Positions 7,170-12,454 of a stretch of 26,905 bases of DNA are shown here, in pieces. Both the position numbers and the translations under genes were made by a program. Source of the DNA: Verrucomicrobiota bacterium (GTDB taxonomy: Bacteria > Verrucomicrobiota > Verrucomicrobiia > Opitutales > UBA953); the NCBI GenBank assembly GCA_009924965.1, contig RFQN01000001.1:1-26905 (forward strand). Direction: 5' to 3'. The number at the start of each line of letters is the position of its first letter. Position 1 is the stretch's first letter. Below the pieces are notes generated by a model. It was not told where the DNA came from and did not search any database. It saw nothing but the letters and a program-made list of their open reading frames with translations.

Positions 7170-8089
7170 CGGCGGTCGCGCGCGGTGCGCGGGTCGAGGG
7201 CGGCCTTCGCGAGGTCGGCCACGAGGTTGAGGCAGAGCAAGGCGACCGCGTAGAGCAACGTCGTGCCGAGGATCACCGGGACGTCGCGGTTAATGATCGC
7301 GGTGACGAAGAGCTTACCGACGCCAGGGACGTCGAACAGCGATTCGACGACGAAGGAGCCCGAGACCAAGGCGGCGGCGGCGGGACCGAGGTACGTGACG
7401 ACTGGCAGGATGCCGTTGCGCAACGCATGGACGAAGCGCACGCGCATGGGCGAAACGCCCTTGGCCCGCGCGGTCCGCACGTAATCCAAGGTATAGACCT
7501 CCATGAGCTCACCACGCGTCAACCGCGCCAACGGCGCGGCGGTGATCAAGCCCAAGGCGAGCGCAGGGAGCACGAGGTGCGACGCCGAGCCCCAACCGCA
7601 GGGCGGGAACCACCCGAGCTGCAGCGAGAAGACTAAAGCCAGCAACGGCCCAAAGACGAACGACGGCACACAGATGCCGATGAGGGCGAAACCCATGGGC
7701 ACGCGGTCCATCCAGGTATTGGGCCGCGAGGCCGCGATGACGCCGACGGGGATACCGACGAGGATGGCGATAAGCAGGGAGACCAACCCCAAGACCACGG
7801 AGACGGGGATGCGCGCGCCGATGATCTGGTTCACCGACCAACCTGGATACTTCATCGAAGGCCCCAAGGACCCCTGCGCGAGGTTGCCGATATAGTTGCC
7901 GAGCTGGACGTAGAGCGGCTGGTCGAGGCCGTAATAGGCTTCGACCTGCTTCTTCACTTCGGCCGGCATGGGACGCTCCTTGTCGAACGGACCGCCGGGC
8001 ACCGCATGCGCCAAGAAGAAGGTGGCGACGACCACGACCAAGAGGACGGGGATCATTTCGGCCAGCCGCTTGAGGACGTAGAGGAACAT
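7166..8089 (-). CDS. oppB: Oligopeptide/dipeptide ABC transporter permease, OppB/DppB family
   Basis: PGGPF, YGLDQPL, YVRTARAKG, HALRN, GSFVVESLFDVPGVG, RDVPVILG. ATGA overlap with oppC. Confidence 0.9.
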   Translation of the reverse strand: MFLYVLKRLAEMIPVLLVVVVATFFLAHAVPGGPFDKERPMPAEVKKQVEAYYGLDQPLYVQLGNYIGNLAQGSLGPSMKYPGWSVNQIIGARIPVSVVLGLVSLLIAILVGIPVGVIAASRPNTWMDRVPMGFALIGICVPSFVFGPLLALVFSLQLGWFPPCGWGSASHLVLPALALGLITAAPLARLTRGELMEVYTLDYVRTARAKGVSPMRVRFVHALRNGILPVVTYLGPAAAALVSGSFVVESLFDVPGVGKLFVTAIINRDVPVILGTTLLYAVALLCLNLVADLAKAALDPRTARDRR

Positions 8090-8139
8090 CGGGGCGAGGC
8101 CAGCGTGTGGCGCCGAAGGCGGGTTGCAAGCCTGACGGG

Positions 8140-8415
8140 TTAAGGCTTCTTCGCCTCAGCCGCCTTGGCGCGGCGCTCCATCTCTTCCACGGACAAGGCG
8201 TCGGGCAGTCCGTTCGGCTCCTTCTTCACCCACCCCATGCGGCTGGAGACCACCTCCAGCTCCTGGGCGTTGAGTTTGCCTTCGGCCTTGAGGCGGGCCT
8301 GTCGCTCCGCGCTGTCGCGTTCCATCTGTGCCTGCGCATCGTTCTGCACGTACGTCTTGAAGACGCCGCAGCCAGCCAGCAGCAGCGCGCACGTCAGGGT
8401 CAGCAGGATCCTCAT
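8140..8415 (-). CDS. Small putative lipoprotein
   Basis: MRILLTLTCALLLAG-C: basic N-terminus, h-region and LAGC lipobox. Confidence 0.72.
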   Translation of the reverse strand: MRILLTLTCALLLAGCGVFKTYVQNDAQAQMERDSAERQARLKAEGKLNAQELEVVSSRMGWVKKEPNGLPDALSVEEMERRAKAAEAKKP

Positions 8416-8424
8416 CCGCCGAGA

Positions 8425-8811
8425 TTAATCCGCGAGATGCTCGGGGCTCAAGAACGTACAGGCCGCCGGCCGACCGAACCAATGACGGCGACGCGCGACG
8501 AAATCATAGACGGCATTCGCCATGAATGCCGGCACCCACGAGACCGAGCGAGCGAGCAAGCCCCAGCCGCCGCCGAGGCTCCGCAGCATCCGGAGCACGG
8601 CCGTCGCCCGGACCAAACGCCGCGACCCCACCCACACGACCACCGTGCCTGGGTCGCCCCCAGGGGGCTCACCAAGGATACAGGCCGTCTCCCCCGTGTT
8701 CGTGGCGAAAACCATCTCCCCACGGGCGTCGCGGGCCGCAAACCATTGGGCCGTCCGGTTGCACAGAGCACAGTCTCCATCGATGAGGACGATGATAGGG
8801 CCAGACTCCAT
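8425..8811 (-). CDS. DCC1/DUF393-family thiol-disulfide oxidoreductase
   Basis: IDGDCALC (DxxCxxC) motif, YDFVARRRHWFG and a late Cys. Start is 8811 (or 8829). Confidence 0.8.
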   Translation of the reverse strand: MESGPIIVLIDGDCALCNRTAQWFAARDARGEMVFATNTGETACILGEPPGGDPGTVVVWVGSRRLVRATAVLRMLRSLGGGWGLLARSVSWVPAFMANAVYDFVARRRHWFGRPAACTFLSPEHLAD

Positions 8812-8941
8812 AGTCCCTGAATGGGCCAAAAACAGCGGGGAGTGAAGGCCTTTCGGCGTTTCGTGGCCTGAACCGCCAAAAGCGAGGGAAAGCGCTTGTC
8901 ATGGAAGCCTCGGACTGCCAAATAAGCCCTTCCTACTGGCC

Positions 8942-9028
8942 GGAAGGGTATCCAAGTGGCTAAAGGTCGCGGACTGTAAATCCGTTCAGCTTCGCTGTTC
9001 GTGGGTTCGAATCCCACCCCTTCCACCA
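8942..9028 (+). tRNA. tRNA-Tyr (GTA)
   Basis: Acceptor GGAAGGG/CCCTTCC, A73, encoded CCA; anticodon arm GCGGA-CTGTAAA-TCCGT; long variable arm CAGC-TTC-GCTG; T arm GTGGG-TTCGAAT-CCCAC. Confidence 0.97.
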
Positions 9029-9046
9029 GCAGGACAATTTTGACGA

Positions 9047-9066
9047 CGCCCCCGGCTCCGGGGGCG
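9047..9066. other. GC-rich hairpin downstream of tRNA-Tyr (possible terminator or processing signal)
   Basis: CGCCCCCGG-CT-CCGGGGGCG with no clear U-tract. Confidence 0.4.
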
Positions 9067-9123
9067 AAATCGTTAAATCCGCGTTGACTCCGAGGGCTGC
9101 CCACGGCTTCCCTACTGACACAC

Positions 9124-9369
9124 ATGGCCAACATCAAAGCTAACCAGAAGAGCATCCGCCAGACCGCTGCTCGCGCCGCCCGCAACAAGATCGTCCGCAC
9201 CCGCCTCAAGACCCTCGTCAAGGGCTTCGTCGCCGGCGCCGCTTCCGCCAACCCTGCCGCCGTGGCCTCCGCCGCCGACAAGGCCGCCAAGTCGGGCGTC
9301 ATCCATCGCAACAAGGCGAACCGCATCAAGGCTCGCCTCGCGAAGAAGCTGGCTGCCGCCAAGAAGTAA
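9124..9369 (+). CDS. rpsT: 30S ribosomal protein bS20
   Basis: MANIKANQKSIRQ, RNKIVRTRLKT, DKAAKSGVIHRNKANRIKARL. Confidence 0.97.
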   Translation: MANIKANQKSIRQTAARAARNKIVRTRLKTLVKGFVAGAASANPAAVASAADKAAKSGVIHRNKANRIKARLAKKLAAAKK

Positions 9370-9393
9370 GAGATGCCTTCCGGGCTTCTCCAC

Positions 9394-9424
9394 AACCCCG
9401 CCGTCTGAGACGCCGGGGTTTTTT
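9394..9424 (+). terminator. Intrinsic terminator after rpsT
   Basis: AACCCCG-C-CGTC-TGA-GACG-C-CGGGGTT followed by a T-run. Confidence 0.8.
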
Positions 9425-9432
9425 GTTTTAGG

Positions 9433-10233
9433 ATGAGCGCGTTCCCTTCCTCGATCGGTTTCCCGTCCGGCGTCTTCGGCGAAGCCCCCCTGCGGCTCGA
9501 CGTCCTCGCGCACGGGCCCGGCTGGGTCGCACTCAACAAGCCAGTCAACCTGCCGAGCGACGACCATCCGTGGCAGGACAACGCCGCCCACCTGGTCGGT
9601 GAACTGCGCGTCCAACTCCAACTCGAGAAGCCGGAGATGGTCCGGCTTGGACTCAAGGAGCCCGCCGTGGCCTTCGGCCCCGAACCCCAGGTCTCCGGCC
9701 TGCTTGTCCTCGCCGACCGCACCAGCGCCCTCGCGGCATGGCGCGATGCCATCGGCTCCTTCCAGCTGAACTTCACCTACGACTTCATCGCGCGCACGGA
9801 AGAGGCTCCGCCCGAAGGCGGGCTCTGCGACCTGCCCCTCGGTATGGACGACACCCGCGGCCGCGCCTTCGTCTCCCATCGCCTCGGCAAGCAGGCCGAG
9901 ACGACCTTCCAGGGCGGCGAGATCTTCAACCGTTGGCGACGCTGGACGGCCACCACGCGCTTCCCGCGCCGCGACCAGATCCGCGCCCATGCCAACGAAT
10001 GCGGGCTCCGCATCGCCGGCGAACTCGAATACGCCCGCTCGGGCCGCGTCACGCTGACCGACACGACGCGCCGCGGCCGCCTCAACAAAGGTGAAGATAA
10101 ACCGCTGCACCGCTGCTTGCTGCTCCATCTGGGCCGCATCCACGGCAACGTGGCCGGCACGCCGGTCGACCTGACGGCGCCGCTGCCGGACGATTTCGCG
10201 ACCGTGGTGAAGCGGCTCGGCAAGTCGGCCTAA
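9433..10233 (+). CDS. RluA-family pseudouridine synthase-like protein, catalytic motif degenerate
   Basis: VALNKPVNL (motif I), xSGLLVLA, GKQAETTF, DQIRAH, IAGELEY, LLLH and TAPLPDDF match the RluA/C/D layout. The HRLD position reads FGPE. Confidence 0.78.
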   Translation: MSAFPSSIGFPSGVFGEAPLRLDVLAHGPGWVALNKPVNLPSDDHPWQDNAAHLVGELRVQLQLEKPEMVRLGLKEPAVAFGPEPQVSGLLVLADRTSALAAWRDAIGSFQLNFTYDFIARTEEAPPEGGLCDLPLGMDDTRGRAFVSHRLGKQAETTFQGGEIFNRWRRWTATTRFPRRDQIRAHANECGLRIAGELEYARSGRVTLTDTTRRGRLNKGEDKPLHRCLLLHLGRIHGNVAGTPVDLTAPLPDDFATVVKRLGKSA

Positions 10234-10844
10234 GCGCGCGGGAAGTCCTTGCGGAAGATATCCCGCGTGCGGACATAGCCGTCCGGGCTGTTCATGCGCC
10301 CGATCGGCGCATAGGCCGCATAGTCCACCCGCCAAGTCTCGGGGTCGGCGATGCCCGCGCGCACATGCGCCAAGAGGATCTCGACCACCACGACGCGGTT
10401 CTCGCCATACATCCGGACATCGAGCACGCGGCATTCCAAGGCGACCGGACAAGCGCTCAGGATCGGTGGGCGGACCCGCTCGGCGGGACGCGTCGCCATG
10501 CGTTCGCGGACGACTTCGCTGACGCCGGGCGGCAAGGCGCGCGCGCAGGCCACCATCTGGTCGGCCAGCGGCTCGTCGCAGAGATGGATCACGCATTCTC
10601 CGTTGGCCAAGAGGTTGGCGGCGGTGTCCTTCGGCGTGCCGTCATCGCGGTCGCCGGGGGCCAGCACGGCCAACGGCGGTTCGGTGCCCATGACGTTGAA
10701 GAACGAGAAAGGCGCGGCGTTGACGACCCCTTGGGCGTCGACCGTCGTGACCAAGGCGATGGGCCGCGGGACGACGAGCCCGGCGAGCAGCTTGTACGCC
10801 TGGGCGCCCGGATGCGCCGCCACATCGAAGCGCACGGCGTCCAT
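10230..10844 (-). CDS. Flavin reductase-like family protein
   Basis: AYKLLAGLVVPRPIALVTT, NAAPFSFFN, KDTAANL, GECVIH, CPVALEC, PIGRM. ATG at 10844 directly follows the lspA stop. Confidence 0.85.
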   Translation of the reverse strand: MDAVRFDVAAHPGAQAYKLLAGLVVPRPIALVTTVDAQGVVNAAPFSFFNVMGTEPPLAVLAPGDRDDGTPKDTAANLLANGECVIHLCDEPLADQMVACARALPPGVSEVVRERMATRPAERVRPPILSACPVALECRVLDVRMYGENRVVVVEILLAHVRAGIADPETWRVDYAAYAPIGRMNSPDGYVRTRDIFRKDFPRA

Positions 10845-10845
10845 G

Positions 10846-11334
10846 CTAGCCGCGGGGCTGGTCCTCGCCGGCATGCGAGGCGATGGCTTCCCGCCGCAGG
10901 TGGTCCTGCCGGTAGGACATGAAGAGGTAGATGACGACGCCCACGCAGATGCAGGAGTCGGCGACGTTGAAGGCCGGGAAACGATAGCCCGGGAAATGCA
11001 CGTCGATGAAGTCCACGACGTGGTCGCCAAAGAGGCGGTCGCGGACGTTGCCCAGCGTGCCTCCGACGAAGAGGCCGAAAGCCAACTGCCCTCCGGCGAG
11101 TTCCCGCATCAACGGATGGCGCCAGCGCCAGACCAGCGCCAAGACCGCCAAGGCCAAGAACACGAGGAACGGGCGGACATCGTACTGCGCGCCCAAGCCC
11201 CAGGCCGCGCCTTTGTTGCCGACATGCACGATCCAGAGCCAAGGGAAGACGGCGATGGGCGAGCGCTCCGGGTCTTCGCATAGCTGATAGACCCAATCGT
11301 TCTCGAACCGCAGCGGGAAGTGCCGGACGACCAG
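10846..11334 (-). CDS. lspA: Lipoprotein signal peptidase II; 5' end anomalous (first TM helix not found)
   Basis: VGNKGAAWG, GGTLGNVRDR, VVDFI and FPAFNVADSCI give both catalytic Asp motifs. Coordinates cover the in-frame part downstream of dksA from a CTG; the true start is unresolved (see findings). Confidence 0.85.
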   Translation of the reverse strand: MVVRHFPLRFENDWVYQLCEDPERSPIAVFPWLWIVHVGNKGAAWGLGAQYDVRPFLVFLALAVLALVWRWRHPLMRELAGGQLAFGLFVGGTLGNVRDRLFGDHVVDFIDVHFPGYRFPAFNVADSCICVGVVIYLFMSYRQDHLRREAIASHAGEDQPRG

Positions 11335-11347
11335 AAGGACCCGGCGC

Positions 11348-12442
11348 TCAAGACTCAGGCTGGTCTTCTTCGCCGCCACCACCGCCGGTGCCGAAGCCGA
11401 CCTCATCGCCGATTTCGCCGAGCGGGTTGTTGCCGCGACGACGGTGCGCGCGACGGTTACGCTCGAGCTCCTTCTGGCCTTCGAGCGAGTAGCGGGTGAA
11501 AGGCACGGCCATCAAGCGGGCATGCGGGATGGCCTTGTTGGTGATTTCGCAGACGCCGTACTTGCCCGACTTCAGGCGCTCGATGGCATCGGCGATTTCC
11601 TTGAGGGCTTCCTGCTCGTTGGAGATCAGCGACAGGGCGAAATCGCGGTCGGCGGTATCCGTGCCGGCGTCGGCCAAGTGCTGGGAGTAACCGGAGAGGT
11701 CGCCCGCGTCGTCCTTGCCGTTCTTCTTGAGGGCTTCTTCGGAGTGGAAGGCCAAGCCCTTCTGGATGGCTTCGCGCATGGCCACCAGCAGGTGGTAGTA
11801 GCGACGGAGCTTCTCCGGGATCTGCTTGGATTCGTCGACCATGCCGCCGCCCTTGCGGAACGGGTTCACGCCGCCCAAGAGGTCGGCGATCGAAGCCGCC
11901 GCGATGTTGTGCGACTTGTGGCCCTTTTCGCGGGCGGCCGTGGCGGCCTTCTCGCGCGCCTTGCGCTCTTCCTCAGGGACCCAGAGGTTCAGCTTGGAGC
12001 CTTCGCGCTTGCGGTTCTTGAGGTGCTCGAGGACGTCGGCGAACGTGAAGAACTGCAGCTTGGCGCGCACCGGGGCATCCGGGGTACCGGCTTGGTCATG
12101 CAGGCCGCGGTGCTTGTCGAGGAGCTGCTTCTGCTTCTCGTGCTCGGCCTTGGTGTCCTTCTTGGCGCCCTTGACGGGCTTGGCCGCGACGACAGGGGCC
12201 TTCGCGCCCTTGGCGGGCGGCAGGACGACGGCCGGCTTGCCGGCGACCTTGCCAGCCTTCACAGGCAAAGCCTTGGCGGGAGGAGCGACCTTGCCCTTGA
12301 CCGCCGGCTTAGCCGGGGCGGCTGGCTTCTTCGCGGCCGGCGGCGTCCCCTTGGCTGCAGGCTTCTTGACCGGCTTGGCGATGGGCTTGGCCTTGGCGGC
12401 GGGCTTGGCGACAGGCTTCTTAGGGGCGGGTTTCTTGGGCAT
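11348..12442 (-). CDS. dksA: DksA/TraR-family RNA polymerase-binding factor with long Lys/Ala/Pro-rich N-terminus
   Basis: HLADAGTDTADRDFALSL, EIADAIERLKSGKYGVCEIT, IPHARLMAVPFTRYS. Located between ileS and lspA. Confidence 0.85.
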   Translation of the reverse strand: MPKKPAPKKPVAKPAAKAKPIAKPVKKPAAKGTPPAAKKPAAPAKPAVKGKVAPPAKALPVKAGKVAGKPAVVLPPAKGAKAPVVAAKPVKGAKKDTKAEHEKQKQLLDKHRGLHDQAGTPDAPVRAKLQFFTFADVLEHLKNRKREGSKLNLWVPEEERKAREKAATAAREKGHKSHNIAAASIADLLGGVNPFRKGGGMVDESKQIPEKLRRYYHLLVAMREAIQKGLAFHSEEALKKNGKDDAGDLSGYSQHLADAGTDTADRDFALSLISNEQEALKEIADAIERLKSGKYGVCEITNKAIPHARLMAVPFTRYSLEGQKELERNRRAHRRRGNNPLGEIGDEVGFGTGGGGGEEDQPES

Positions 12443-12454
12443 GAAGAGGAGTGG

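Noticed and set aside
8425-9070. Genomic island or integration at tRNA-Tyr (the DCC gene has weaker GC3 bias)
   Set aside because: No integrase, no downstream duplication of the tRNA 3' end, and housekeeping rpsT follows immediately.
9069-9080. GTTAAAT resembling the XerD arm of dif
   Set aside because: No XerC arm at the correct spacing and only 7 matching bases.
12157-12442. Repetitive DNA in the dksA 5' region as a CRISPR or tandem repeat array
   Set aside because: Imperfect codon-level repeats of a Lys/Ala/Pro-rich protein tail; no constant repeat with unique spacers.
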